NCBI RefSeq assembly: GCF_943169635.2
Contig: NZ_OW968186.1
Coordinates: 942,075 to 974,074, forward strand
From: Fenollaria sporofastidiosus
Lineage (GTDB): Bacteria; Bacillota; Clostridia; Tissierellales; Peptoniphilaceae
Direction of reading: 5' to 3'
Length of the DNA: 32,000 nucleotides
The notes under the pieces are model-generated. The model searched no databases, was not told the DNA's origin, and was given only the letters and a program-made list of their open reading frames with translations. Positions within the stretch are counted from its first letter, which is position 1. The number at the start of each line of letters is the position of its first letter. A program made the position numbers and the translations under genes. Positions 20,055-29,671 of the stretch are shown here, one piece after another.

Positions 20055-22246
20055 AAAAAAGATTATTAGCAATAATTTTAGTTTTGGTAATGAGCTTAAG
20101 TGCATGCGCTTTTCCATTTAACAAAACAGACAAAGATGAGGACAAAGAGAATAGTAAAGAGAATAGTAAAAATGAAAATATTGAAGCAGGTGAAGCAGAC
20201 TTAAATGCTTTGCTTGGCTACGATGCGGAAAAATTATTTAACACAGAGGAAGTAAAAGACTTTGAAGACATTGACATCGAAGCAAATGTTAAGCCATATG
20301 ATATCCCAAAGGATTCTAAAAATATTGGCGGTTTTGTTCAAGATGAATACACTCAAAAATATAATGCTAAAATGATGAAAAATCTTGAAGACAACGGATT
20401 TTTTATAGATTACGCAAAAATACAACAGCCATTTAGCATTTATGAAACTAATCAATACATGGGTAATAACAATTTTATCACTACCGACTCCATTGTTCAC
20501 CTATATCACATCATCTATCTTGGCATGATGGAGGATATGGAGCAAAACTCATTGAAGCAAAAGTTAATTGATTTATCTAAAAATTGTTTGGACAATGCTT
20601 TAAGTGATTACAAAGAAGCAAAGGGCGAAGAAAAAGAAATACTTATGAAAAACGCAGCATTATTCCTATGCGCAGTTGATTTGCTTGAAGCAAATTACGA
20701 TGGAGAAGTGCCAAGCGAAGTAAGGGAAATAGCTGATAAAGAGCTTGAAAATATTAAAACAGAAGGAACTGCTGTATCAAACATAACAGGTAAAGAAATT
20801 GATTACTCACAATTTAAGGTTCGTGGCAATTACAGTAAAAATGAAAACTTGAAAAAATATTTTAAAGTTAACATGCTTTATTCACAAGAGTTAATTCATT
20901 TAGAAAATCCTGATAAATCAATAAATCTAGAAGCAGTTAAGCAAGCTATGCTTATCTCAAGACATATGCTTAAGGACGAAGCTAGTTTTAAATTATGGAA
21001 AGACATATATAAACCAATTAGCTTTTTAGTTGAAAACACTGAAGATACTACCCCTATCGACATATACAAGAGCATAAGTAAAGTTACTAAAGATAATTCG
21101 GTAGAGGCAATACTTGAGAAAAATGTTGTAAATGCTGTTGCTGATGATATCGCTAATAAAGAAGATCCAAAGATTAAACCTGACTCAGGAAAAGTTTTTG
21201 CTTTCTTGCCACAAAGAGCGGTTGTTGACAATACTTGGTTACAAAACTTAGTTGATACTGATCCTCACAGCAAAAGACCGGTTGTTTCAGGTGTAGACCT
21301 TATGGCACTTCTTGGCAATAGTCTTGCTGAGAGACTTACTCTAACAAACGAAGACAATTTGAAGTGGGACAAGTTTAAAGAAAAATACGACGAAACAAAG
21401 GCGATAGTTGACGCAAGAACAGATAAAGAAGAAAAAGCAAATATTTACAGAACATGGCTTTGGGTTTTAAAAGCTTTTAATAACGAATATGGCGAAGGCT
21501 ATCCAGATTTTATGAGAAGCGAAAAGTGGCAGTATAAAGATTTAAATACAGCGCTTGCATCTTGGGCTCAATTAAAACACGATACAATTTTATATGCAAA
21601 ACAATTTGGCGCTGAGTGTGGCGGCGACGAACCGATGGACATGAGGCACTATGTTGAGCCAAATGTTAATCTATATAGAAGAGTTAAGTATTTAGTGGGC
21701 TTAACTATGGATGCGGATGAAAAATATTCTTTATTAAATGATGAGCAAAAAGCAAGATTAAAAGATTTTGCTGATATGCTTGAATTTTTAATCAAGGTTA
21801 GTATAGAAGAGCTAAAGGACGAAACTACTAGCGATGAAGATAATGAAAGACTTAAATTAATCGGCGGAGAGATGGAAAATATCTTTATAGCGTTTAACAA
21901 AGATGAAAGCGGTGGAGAATTTGAAATTCCTCCAGTTGATAGAGACACAGCCAATGTTGCTGACTTACAAAAAATTGGACCGAATGTGGTTGACAAACCA
22001 GAAGGTTCATTCTTAGAAGTGGGTTCTGGAAGATTCTCGACTATATATGTAGTTTATAGACTTAATGGCAAGTATTATCTAGGCAGCGGCTCTGTAATGA
22101 ATTACTATGAGTTCTATTCTGAAAAGAGACTTGATAACAACGAGTTTAAAGAAATGCTTCCAATTTACAATGAAGGCGAAAAAGATAAGATAGAGCCATT
22201 CTTTAAGAAAGAATTATTTACAAACAAAGTAGAAAGTTTATATTAA
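20051..22246 (+). CDS. DUF3160-family lipoprotein
   Basis: MKKRLLAIILVLVMSLSACAFPF lipobox; long body with NNNFITTDSIVHLYHIIYLGMM...HDTILYAKQFG...YYEFYSEKRLDNNEF typical of DUF3160 proteins. Confidence 0.83.
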   Translation: MKKRLLAIILVLVMSLSACAFPFNKTDKDEDKENSKENSKNENIEAGEADLNALLGYDAEKLFNTEEVKDFEDIDIEANVKPYDIPKDSKNIGGFVQDEYTQKYNAKMMKNLEDNGFFIDYAKIQQPFSIYETNQYMGNNNFITTDSIVHLYHIIYLGMMEDMEQNSLKQKLIDLSKNCLDNALSDYKEAKGEEKEILMKNAALFLCAVDLLEANYDGEVPSEVREIADKELENIKTEGTAVSNITGKEIDYSQFKVRGNYSKNENLKKYFKVNMLYSQELIHLENPDKSINLEAVKQAMLISRHMLKDEASFKLWKDIYKPISFLVENTEDTTPIDIYKSISKVTKDNSVEAILEKNVVNAVADDIANKEDPKIKPDSGKVFAFLPQRAVVDNTWLQNLVDTDPHSKRPVVSGVDLMALLGNSLAERLTLTNEDNLKWDKFKEKYDETKAIVDARTDKEEKANIYRTWLWVLKAFNNEYGEGYPDFMRSEKWQYKDLNTALASWAQLKHDTILYAKQFGAECGGDEPMDMRHYVEPNVNLYRRVKYLVGLTMDADEKYSLLNDEQKARLKDFADMLEFLIKVSIEELKDETTSDEDNERLKLIGGEMENIFIAFNKDESGGEFEIPPVDRDTANVADLQKIGPNVVDKPEGSFLEVGSGRFSTIYVVYRLNGKYYLGSGSVMNYYEFYSEKRLDNNEFKEMLPIYNEGEKDKIEPFFKKELFTNKVESLY

Positions 22247-22263
22247 TATAAAGGGAGAAATTT

Positions 22264-22713
22264 ATGAAATACATCAAAGACGGCACATCATATATAGTAA
22301 GGATCGACAGAGGTGAAGAAGTGCTTGATAAGCTTAATGAGTTTGTCAAGGAGACTGATATAAAGGCAGCAAGCATAACAGGTATAGGCGCTTGTTCAGA
22401 AGTAGAGCTAGGTGTTTATAGCGTAAAAAAGAGAAAGTATAGCAAATACAAATACGAAGGTGAATTTGAAATTCTTTCTTTAAATGGCAATATCACTAGA
22501 GATGGCGATGAGCCATATATACACCTTCACATCATGATTTCAGACGGCATGGTGCTAGCAGGCGGCTTAACTTTCGGCATGGGCATCACTGTTGGCGGTC
22601 ACCTTAATAAGTGCATAATAAGCGGCACATGTGAGCTACGCATAGATGAGTGCGAAAACGCTTATCAAAGAAAAATTGATGATGAGACAGGAATTAAGAT
22701 CTTAGACATCTAG
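22264..22713 (+). CDS. PPC (DUF296) domain DNA-binding-like protein
   Basis: YIVRIDRGEEVLDKLNEFVKETDIKAASITGIGACSEVELGVY...HLHIMISDGMVLAGGLTFGMGITVGGHLNKC. Confidence 0.88.
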   Translation: MKYIKDGTSYIVRIDRGEEVLDKLNEFVKETDIKAASITGIGACSEVELGVYSVKKRKYSKYKYEGEFEILSLNGNITRDGDEPYIHLHIMISDGMVLAGGLTFGMGITVGGHLNKCIISGTCELRIDECENAYQRKIDDETGIKILDI

Positions 22714-22732
22714 TTAATAAAATTTATAAGAG

Positions 22733-22761
22733 CAAGTCCATATACATGGGCTTGTTTTTTT
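22733..22761 (+). terminator. Rho-independent terminator after PPC-domain gene
   Basis: CAAGTCCAT (22733-22741) / ATGGGCTTG (22746-22754) with one G-U pair, followed by a run of T. Confidence 0.82.
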
Positions 22762-22804
22762 CTTGATAAATGTTTCGCTTTTCTAAATAAAAAGTGGCTA
22801 CTCC

Positions 22805-22833
22805 TTGTATGAGTTTTAAATATGTGTTATAAT
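22805..22833 (+). promoter_or_regulatory. Putative housekeeping-sigma promoter for MATE gene
   Basis: TTGTAT (22805-22810), 17 nt, TATAAT (22828-22833). Confidence 0.65.
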
Positions 22834-22879
22834 AATTTAAGTTGTTTTTTATAGATATATGAGATATGGAAGTGATTAA

Positions 22880-24220
22880 TTGATAGATAATGAATTTTTG
22901 AAAAGAGTTTTTAAAGTAGCGTGGCCATCGGTACTTGAGAGTGTCTTCATAGCACTAGCAGGCATAATTGACACCTACATGGTATCGAGCTTAGGTACAT
23001 ATGCAATATCAGCAGTAGGCTTAACAACGCAGCCAAAGTTTATAGGCCTTGCGATATTCTTCTCGATAAGTATAGCTGTCTCGGCGCTCGTTGCGAGGAG
23101 AAAGGGCGAAGAGGATAGACGCTCGGCGAACGAAGTCTTAGTTACAGCCTTTGTCGTTGCACTTATTTTTTGCCTAGCAATAACAACGGTAATGGTATCA
23201 CTCTCAGACCCAATACTAAAGCTTGCAGGTAGTAAGACAGATACACATAACTACGCGATAGAGTACTTTAACATCATCATGGGCTTTAGCGTGTTTAATG
23301 TTATAAGCATAGTTATCAATGCGGCACAAAGAGGTAGCGGCAACACGAAGATTGCCTTCACAACAAATTTAGTCTCAAGCATTGTTAATATTACTTTTAA
23401 CTATATACTTATCAATGGTAAGCTTGGTTTTCCAGCTATGGGTGTAAGAGGTGCAGCGATAGCGACCATCTTAGGCACTTTCGTTGCAAGCATAATGAGT
23501 ATTAGATCCTTATTCAAGAAGGACTCATATGTAAGCTTGCCATTTATAATAATTAATAAAATAAAACCAGCCTTCGATGCTTTTATCAAGATAATGAAGC
23601 TCGGACTAAATATGTTTGCAGAGAACCTTGCGATGAGAGTGGGCTTCCTGTCAACAGCACTTATGGCAGCGTCACTTGGTACAGATCAGTTTGCGGCACA
23701 TAACGTAGGCATGAACGTACTAAGTATAGGCTTTGCCTTTGCAGATGGTATGCAGGTTGCTGCAGTTGCATTATCGGGCGAGGCACTTGGCGCGAAGAAG
23801 TATGACGACGCGGTTATATATGGCAAGACTTGTCAAAAGGTCGGCTTCGTTATATCACTTGCTCTGTCAGCAATATTGTTATTATTCGGTAAATACATCT
23901 TCGGCGCCTTCTTCCAAGACGAAACAGTTATTAACTACGGCATCATGATAGGACGCTTCATAACAGTCATCGTTATATGTCAGATATCACAGATCATATA
24001 TGGAGGCTGCTTAAGAGCGGCGGGCGATGTTAAGTATACACTCATCGCTTCAATCATAAGCGTAAGTATTATTCGTAGTGTGATGACATATGTGCTTGTA
24101 AACATATTCCACTTAGGACTAATGGGTATATGGCTTGGTGTATTATCAGATCAATTCTCAAGATTAGTCTTTATGAGCACAAGGTTTAGGCAAGGTAAGT
24201 GGGTTGAAAAGAAGATATAA
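22880..24220 (+). CDS. MATE-family efflux transporter
   Basis: FKVAWPSVLESVFIALAGIIDTYMVSSLGTYAISAVGLTTQPKFIG; AKKYDDAVIYGKTCQKVGF; GGCLRAAGDVKYT. Confidence 0.93.
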   Translation: MIDNEFLKRVFKVAWPSVLESVFIALAGIIDTYMVSSLGTYAISAVGLTTQPKFIGLAIFFSISIAVSALVARRKGEEDRRSANEVLVTAFVVALIFCLAITTVMVSLSDPILKLAGSKTDTHNYAIEYFNIIMGFSVFNVISIVINAAQRGSGNTKIAFTTNLVSSIVNITFNYILINGKLGFPAMGVRGAAIATILGTFVASIMSIRSLFKKDSYVSLPFIIINKIKPAFDAFIKIMKLGLNMFAENLAMRVGFLSTALMAASLGTDQFAAHNVGMNVLSIGFAFADGMQVAAVALSGEALGAKKYDDAVIYGKTCQKVGFVISLALSAILLLFGKYIFGAFFQDETVINYGIMIGRFITVIVICQISQIIYGGCLRAAGDVKYTLIASIISVSIIRSVMTYVLVNIFHLGLMGIWLGVLSDQFSRLVFMSTRFRQGKWVEKKI

Positions 24221-24240
24221 AATTTAACACGGAGATAAAA

Positions 24241-24280
24241 AATGATGTAGATCAATTGACCTACATCATTATTTTTTTTC
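24241..24280 (+). terminator. Rho-independent terminator after MATE gene
   Basis: AATGATGTAG (24241-24250) / CTACATCATT (24261-24270), followed by ATTTTTTTT. Confidence 0.87.
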
Positions 24281-24291
24281 TAAAGTAAATT

Positions 24292-24873
24292 TTAGTAATT
24301 CTCAACGAAGATTTCGAAGTGTGCTTGTGGGTGATCACATGCAGGGCACTTTTTAGGTGCTTCCTTACCTTCATATAGGTAACCACAGTTTAAGCACTTC
24401 CATATGTAAACGTCGCCTCTTTTAAATACCTTACCAGCTTCGATGTTCTCGATAAGCTTTTTGTATCTGTTGTAGTGAGCTTTTTCAACTTCACCTATGT
24501 GTGTAAAGACAGCGGCTATCTCATTAAAGCCTTCTTCTTTAGCAATTTTGGCAAACTCTGGATATACAGTTGTCCACTCTTCATTTTCGCCTTCTGCAGC
24601 AGCCTTTAAGTTAGCTAGTGTGTCTTGTAGTGCTACTGGATAAGTACCACATGCCTCGATCATCTCTCCATCAAGCTCATCCTTTAAGAACTTGTAGAAC
24701 CTCTTAGCATGTTGCTCTTCGTTTTGTGATGTTTCTAAGAAGATGTTTTGTATTTGCACATAACCATCTTTCTTTGCTTGCGATGCATAGTAGCCATATC
24801 TTATTGAAGCTTGTGATTCGTTTACGAATGACTTCATAAGATTTTCGCAAGTCTTAGTACCTTTTAATTTCAT
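24292..24873 (-). CDS. Rubrerythrin
   Basis: MKLKGTKTCENLMKSFVNESQASIRYGYYASQA...TSQNEEQHAKRFYKFL... and C-terminal rubredoxin-like CLNCGYLYEGKEAPKKCPACDHPQAHFE. The track's longer 25002 start is unlikely; a typical RBS precedes ATG at 24873. Confidence 0.96.
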   Translation of the reverse strand: MKLKGTKTCENLMKSFVNESQASIRYGYYASQAKKDGYVQIQNIFLETSQNEEQHAKRFYKFLKDELDGEMIEACGTYPVALQDTLANLKAAAEGENEEWTTVYPEFAKIAKEEGFNEIAAVFTHIGEVEKAHYNRYKKLIENIEAGKVFKRGDVYIWKCLNCGYLYEGKEAPKKCPACDHPQAHFEIFVENY

Positions 24874-24986
24874 AAAATTACCCCCTTTTTTTATGATGTG
24901 TACATTATATATCAAATAAATTTTTTTGTAAAGGAACTCAGTCATATATATCTTGCAAATATTATTGCAAATATCAATCAAAATGC

Positions 24987-25015
24987 TTGAAGACGCACTC
25001 ATATTGTGGTATAAT
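24987..25015 (+). promoter_or_regulatory. Putative housekeeping-sigma promoter for yitT-like gene
   Basis: TTGAAG (24987-24992), 17 nt, TATAAT (25010-25015). Confidence 0.65.
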
Positions 25016-25070
25016 TGATGTCACGTTCAAAAGAATATTATTAAATTTATTTATAGAAAAGGGGTAAACT

Positions 25071-25964
25071 ATGAACATAATTAATGAAGAAAAAAATTTA
25101 AAGAGGGATAAGATACAGCACAAGTACACAGTGAAAGAGGTAGTGCTTATCATCATCGGTATACTACTTGTTGCGTCGGCGATACATTTCTTTCTAGTGC
25201 CGTCTAACCTAACATCAGGAGGCGCATCAGGGATAGCGATCGTACTTAGTCACTACATACCACTTGGCATTGGACCACTGTTTATCTTAGTCAACATAGT
25301 CTTATTCATCATGGGCTTCATCTTCATAGGCAAGGACTTCGGTACTAAAACAATCGTAGTTACACTTGTACTTTCAGGCCTTGTGTGGCTCTTTGAAATA
25401 ATATTTCCAAATCCAAAGCCGCTTTCAGATGACCTATTTCTAGTAATCACACTTGGTATGATCATACAAGGCATCGGTGTGGGCATGGTACTTAATCAGT
25501 ATACATCGACAGGTGGTACAGACATAGTTGCTAAGATATTGCAAAAGTTCTTGGGACTCGACCTAGGCATAGGCTGCCTAATGGCAGACCTAGTCGTATC
25601 ATTCTTCGCAGGATCCGCCTTTGGCATGAACATATTTTTATACTCAGTTATGGGCGTTATAATCAATGGAGCTGTTGTTAGCATCACCATCAGTGGCCTC
25701 AACACAAGTAAGCTTTGTTACATTAACACTAAAGAGGTAGAGCTTGTGTCTAAGTTTATTATAGAAGACCTTGATAGATCCGCAAACCTTATACCATACA
25801 AGGGCGCCTATACAAAGAATGATAACGTACTTATACAAACAGCAGTTTCAACACGCGAGTATATAAGACTTAAGGAGTTCGTAAACGATGCAGACCCAAC
25901 AGCCTTCGTTGTAACGAGCAGCGCAAACGAGATACTCGGAGAGAAGTGGAGAAGGTTTATCTAA
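25071..25964 (+). CDS. YitT-family membrane protein
   Basis: FLVPSNLTSGGASGIAIVLSHYIPLGIGPLFILVNIVLFIMGF...GMVLNQYTSTGGTDIVAKIL and C-terminal DUF2179-like domain. Confidence 0.93.
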   Translation: MNIINEEKNLKRDKIQHKYTVKEVVLIIIGILLVASAIHFFLVPSNLTSGGASGIAIVLSHYIPLGIGPLFILVNIVLFIMGFIFIGKDFGTKTIVVTLVLSGLVWLFEIIFPNPKPLSDDLFLVITLGMIIQGIGVGMVLNQYTSTGGTDIVAKILQKFLGLDLGIGCLMADLVVSFFAGSAFGMNIFLYSVMGVIINGAVVSITISGLNTSKLCYINTKEVELVSKFIIEDLDRSANLIPYKGAYTKNDNVLIQTAVSTREYIRLKEFVNDADPTAFVVTSSANEILGEKWRRFI

Positions 25965-25981
25965 GTTAATATTTTATATAG

Positions 25982-26010
25982 ACTGAGCTAGTGTTGGCTC
26001 AGTTTTTTTG
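25982..26010 (+). terminator. Rho-independent terminator after yitT-like gene
   Basis: ACTGAGC (25982-25988) / GCTCAGT (25997-26003), followed by T run. Confidence 0.75.
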
Positions 26011-26133
26011 TGATATAATTTTTGTGTTATAATATAGATAGACATAGTTTATATTAAGAGCTTTTTGTATTGATTATTCTTTAATGGCATGACTCTTAAT
26101 ATATGTTATAATATAATGAGTGAGGAGATTGAT

Positions 26134-26658
26134 ATGCAAACGAAAGGATGTATTGAGAAGTATAAAATTGAATTTGAAGAAGAGATAAGGTCGCTGTTTT
26201 GGTCGGGCGATGGAAGGCTTAAGAAGAAGATATATGGCAAGGTCAAAGAGGATGCACTGCGTGAAATTGTAAGTGATGTCTTTGTATACGATGACGACTT
26301 AGTGAAGTCACTAAACCTAAGTGCATCTAAGATAAGTGTCTTCTTAGAGACTAAGTACAAGGCTGTTGACTTTAGAAGCTTCATCGCACCACTATCGAGG
26401 GTCTTGCTACCTGTTGGGGTGTCACTTGCGACATTTTTCCTAACAACGAAGTCTTTGAAGTACTTCGACGTGGAAAAGATATTTGGCGTTACACTAAAGA
26501 CTTTCTTTGCCTTTGCAATGAGTGCTATGGCTGTTGCTATGATTTTTAGTGTCTACTACACCAAGGCAAATGAGAAGAAGCTCTACGCTATATACATAAG
26601 AGATAGGCTTAACTTTGAAATCGAAAGACTACTCATAAAAGACAAGAAAGAGGTGTAA
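26134..26658 (+). CDS. Hypothetical membrane protein with two TM segments
   Basis: GAGGAG RBS followed by ATG 26134: MQTKGCIEKYKIEFEEEIRSLFW...; two hydrophobic segments LPVGVSLATFFL and TFFAFAMSAMAVAMIFSVY. Confidence 0.7.
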   Translation: MQTKGCIEKYKIEFEEEIRSLFWSGDGRLKKKIYGKVKEDALREIVSDVFVYDDDLVKSLNLSASKISVFLETKYKAVDFRSFIAPLSRVLLPVGVSLATFFLTTKSLKYFDVEKIFGVTLKTFFAFAMSAMAVAMIFSVYYTKANEKKLYAIYIRDRLNFEIERLLIKDKKEV

Positions 26659-26659
26659 G

Positions 26660-27220
26660 ATGGCACTATTCATAATTATATTCGCCGTATTAGTATCATT
26701 AATCAATGGCGGCAAGATAAATAATTTATTCAGAGTAAATTTAAGATATCTGTTCTTTTTATTGATAACAGTCATTATAAACATAGCAGTACTTGTATAT
26801 GTTACGAGGTTTAACTTCATTTACAGACGCGAGCTTATAATGATATATCCATATCTTAATATATTTACATTTTTTGTATTGATATTTTTTTCTATTGCAA
26901 ACAACAAGTACTTTGCCTTCAACATCATTGCCTTAGGTCTTGCTTTAAATTTAATTGCAATGATAAACTACTTAGGGCTTATGCCAGTAGTGAAGGACGC
27001 TTTAGTATATCTTGGCTCTGCTAATGAATTAGCTGTGTTAGAAAAGTCGATGTCGATGACGCACACGCTTGCTGTGAGTGGTAAGGCATTTAATGTTTTA
27101 GCGGACACAATACCTGTGTTCAAGTTTACAGGGCTTAGAACTGTACTAAGCATAGGCGATGTATTTTTGTCTTTAGGCTTATTTATGCTTGTAGAAGATG
27201 TGATGAAGAGGAGGCCCTAG
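26660..27220 (+). CDS. DUF5317-like integral membrane protein
   Basis: LINGGKINNLFRVNLRYLFFLLITVI...GDVFLSLGLFMLVEDVMK; multi-pass hydrophobic. Confidence 0.6.
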   Translation: MALFIIIFAVLVSLINGGKINNLFRVNLRYLFFLLITVIINIAVLVYVTRFNFIYRRELIMIYPYLNIFTFFVLIFFSIANNKYFAFNIIALGLALNLIAMINYLGLMPVVKDALVYLGSANELAVLEKSMSMTHTLAVSGKAFNVLADTIPVFKFTGLRTVLSIGDVFLSLGLFMLVEDVMKRRP

Positions 27221-27221
27221 T

Positions 27222-28406
27222 ATGTTTTTTAGACAATGCACCATCTTTCTTATCTGCCTTATAAACATAGTCTTAGGACCTATAACATGTAATCACGCAG
27301 CAAAGCTGGCAAACGATGGAGCTAGCTTAACTTATGTTCATGATGTAAAAGAGATACCCATCATTGAAATCAAGAAAAAGGAGCCTTCTATCGATAGCGA
27401 GGTCAAGATATTTGCAGCGGGTGACTATATGCTGCACGGTCCTCAGCTAAGAGGCGCAAAGCAAAGTGATGGCACTTACAATTTTGATGAATATTTTAAA
27501 TACTTGCCGCACTTTAAGGACGCAGACCTTGCTATGCTTAACTACGAGTCGACTGTCTCTGTTGATGGCAGGTACACAACTTATCCTATGTTTTCATCTC
27601 CTATAGAGAGTATTGAGTCGATCAAGAAACAGGGCTTTGATATCATATCAACATCGAACAATCACGCTTTTGATAAAGGTTTTGCAGGTGTTAACAAGAC
27701 CATAGACACGATTAAGAGCTATGGTATGGAGAGTGTTGGCACATACAAGGATGCAAACAATATGCCGCTTATTAAAGAAGTGAGTGGCATCAAGCTTGGT
27801 ATCAGCGCGTATACTTTCTCCATCAATGGATTTGAGAAGAAGGTTCAAGGCACGGACAAGGCTTATGCGATAAACTTCATCGACATGGATAAGATTAAGA
27901 AAGATGTAGAGTTTATGAATGAGAATGATGTCGACTTCAAGGTGATATATGTACACTGGGGCAACGAGTATCAATTAAAGCCGAGCGCATGGCAAGAAAA
28001 AATCGCAAAAGAGCTTAACGAACTCGGTATAGATGTAGTCTTAGGTTCGCACCCACATGTAATACAAAAGTCTGAAGTCATTGAAGCAAATGGCAAGAAG
28101 ACATACGTCTGCTACTCTATGGGTAACTTCATATCTAATCAGAGACGTGAGGCCATGGGTCAGAGATATAGCGAGAACGAACTTATGATGGAAGTCATTT
28201 TGAAGAAGGATGCTAAGGGTACAAGCGTTGCAAAGTTTGAAGCGCATCCACTATGGGTTGATAAGTACGTAACTCAAGGCAGAGCGCACTATAACATAAT
28301 CCCAGTTAAAGAGGCTCTTGATGGCAAGATCAAGGTCGAAAGATTTAATCAAATCAAGCCAAAGTTAGTAGAAAGTCTAAATGATTTCAATAATATATAT
28401 AAATAG
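27222..28406 (+). CDS. CapA-family (PgsA-like) poly-gamma-glutamate biosynthesis-type protein
   Basis: VKIFAAGDYMLHGPQL...LAMLNYESTVS...FDIISTSNNHAFDKG...VIYVHWGNEY...ELGIDVVLGSHPHVIQKSEVIEANGKKTYVCYSMGNFISNQ; N-terminal signal sequence. Confidence 0.92.
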   Translation: MFFRQCTIFLICLINIVLGPITCNHAAKLANDGASLTYVHDVKEIPIIEIKKKEPSIDSEVKIFAAGDYMLHGPQLRGAKQSDGTYNFDEYFKYLPHFKDADLAMLNYESTVSVDGRYTTYPMFSSPIESIESIKKQGFDIISTSNNHAFDKGFAGVNKTIDTIKSYGMESVGTYKDANNMPLIKEVSGIKLGISAYTFSINGFEKKVQGTDKAYAINFIDMDKIKKDVEFMNENDVDFKVIYVHWGNEYQLKPSAWQEKIAKELNELGIDVVLGSHPHVIQKSEVIEANGKKTYVCYSMGNFISNQRREAMGQRYSENELMMEVILKKDAKGTSVAKFEAHPLWVDKYVTQGRAHYNIIPVKEALDGKIKVERFNQIKPKLVESLNDFNNIYK

Positions 28407-28417
28407 GAGATGGTTTA

Positions 28418-29485
28418 ATGTATTTTGATGATGAAATGACACCAAAAGAAAGGATGATTGCCTTTTCAAAGGGCGAAGCAATTGACAGAATACCTGTAGT
28501 GCCAGATATGGGGGTTACTATGGCATGGTATATAGGTAAGAAGACAAATGATTATTACACATCATCAGATGTAATAACTGAAACTGAGATCGCTTTATTC
28601 AATCGCTTCCACCACGACAACATCTGTGTCTCTACAACACTAAGAGGTATGGCTGAAGCCATGGGCTCAGTTATGAACTACCCTGATGACAACATTTCAA
28701 ACTTAAGAGAGCCAGTTGTCAAAACAGAAGAGGACATCGATAAGCTTGAGCTTGTTGATCCGTGGAAGGATGGTCACCTACACGTACTACTTGAAGCACT
28801 TGAAAAGCTTAGAGACGCTCTTGGCGATGTAGCAGACATAGGCGCATCGATGACTGCACCATTCACAGTAGCTGCCTCGGTACTTGGCACTGAGAACATG
28901 CTTAGATGGATAGTTAAGAAGAAGGATGCTTTCCATAGACTTATGGACATCATTACAAAGAACAACGCTGAGTATATCAAGGCACTTGGTAAGATTGGTT
29001 TCGGAACAGGTTTTTGCGACCCTGTATCATCGACATCTATGATTAGACCTGCACAATATAGAGAGTTCTCACTACCATACTTCAAGAGAAATGTTGAAGA
29101 CGTAAAGAAGTATTGTGGAGGCGCACCAACTATACACATATGCGGCAAGAGTAAAGACATATGGGAAGATGTTGTTAGTGCCGGTGTAGGTAACTTCTCT
29201 ATCGACAACTGTGAGGACCTTGAGGAAGCTAAGAGGATAATGGGTGACAAGGTTGTTATCACAGGTAACGTGCCACCAGTTGACGCGATCTACTTAGGTA
29301 ACGATGACATCATCAAGGAAGAAGTGAAGAAGTGTGTTGCTAAGGCTTGGGACTCACCAAAGGGTTACATCTTATGTACTGGATGTCAAATACCAAAGAA
29401 CAGCCCTATAGAGAACATCGACTCCTTTATGAAGTGGGGTAGGTATTACGGCAAGTTGCCAATGGATACATCTAAATTTATATAA
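28418..29485 (+). CDS. UroD-fold corrinoid methyltransferase, MtaA/CmuA-like
   Basis: MTPKERMIAFSKGEAIDRIPVVPDMG... with HICG motif and C-terminal ILCTGCQIPKNSPIENIDSFM, the His-X-Cys-Xn-Cys zinc-binding pattern of the MtaA/MtbA/CmuA group. GGAG RBS upstream. Confidence 0.87.
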   Translation: MYFDDEMTPKERMIAFSKGEAIDRIPVVPDMGVTMAWYIGKKTNDYYTSSDVITETEIALFNRFHHDNICVSTTLRGMAEAMGSVMNYPDDNISNLREPVVKTEEDIDKLELVDPWKDGHLHVLLEALEKLRDALGDVADIGASMTAPFTVAASVLGTENMLRWIVKKKDAFHRLMDIITKNNAEYIKALGKIGFGTGFCDPVSSTSMIRPAQYREFSLPYFKRNVEDVKKYCGGAPTIHICGKSKDIWEDVVSAGVGNFSIDNCEDLEEAKRIMGDKVVITGNVPPVDAIYLGNDDIIKEEVKKCVAKAWDSPKGYILCTGCQIPKNSPIENIDSFMKWGRYYGKLPMDTSKFI

Positions 29486-29529
29486 TATTTTTTTATAGAC
29501 TTTGGACATTAGAAATAATTTACTGAATT

Positions 29530-29566
29530 AATGTGCGTGTAGCAATGCTATATGCACATTTTTATT
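29530..29566 (+). terminator. Rho-independent terminator after MtaA-like gene
   Basis: AATGTGC (29530-29536) / GCACATT (29554-29560) with inner TAGC/GCTA stem, followed by TTTTATT. Confidence 0.78.
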
Positions 29567-29602
29567 GTATAAATTTCATGAATACCTCTTAAATACATAT
29601 GT

Positions 29603-29631
29603 TTGCGCAATTCACAAAGCTGTTATATAAT
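29603..29631 (+). promoter_or_regulatory. Putative promoter for downstream corrinoid/methyltransferase operon
   Basis: TTGCGC (29603-29608), 17 nt, TATAAT (29626-29631). Confidence 0.7.
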
Positions 29632-29671
29632 ATTTGCTGGTGAGGGCGTGAAGAAGATAGGAGATATTAGA

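Noticed and set aside
28774-29262. 162 aa minus-strand ORF opposite the MtaA-like gene
   Set aside because: Shadow ORF of a conserved gene; other antisense ORFs of 60-116 aa in the track were dismissed for the same reason.
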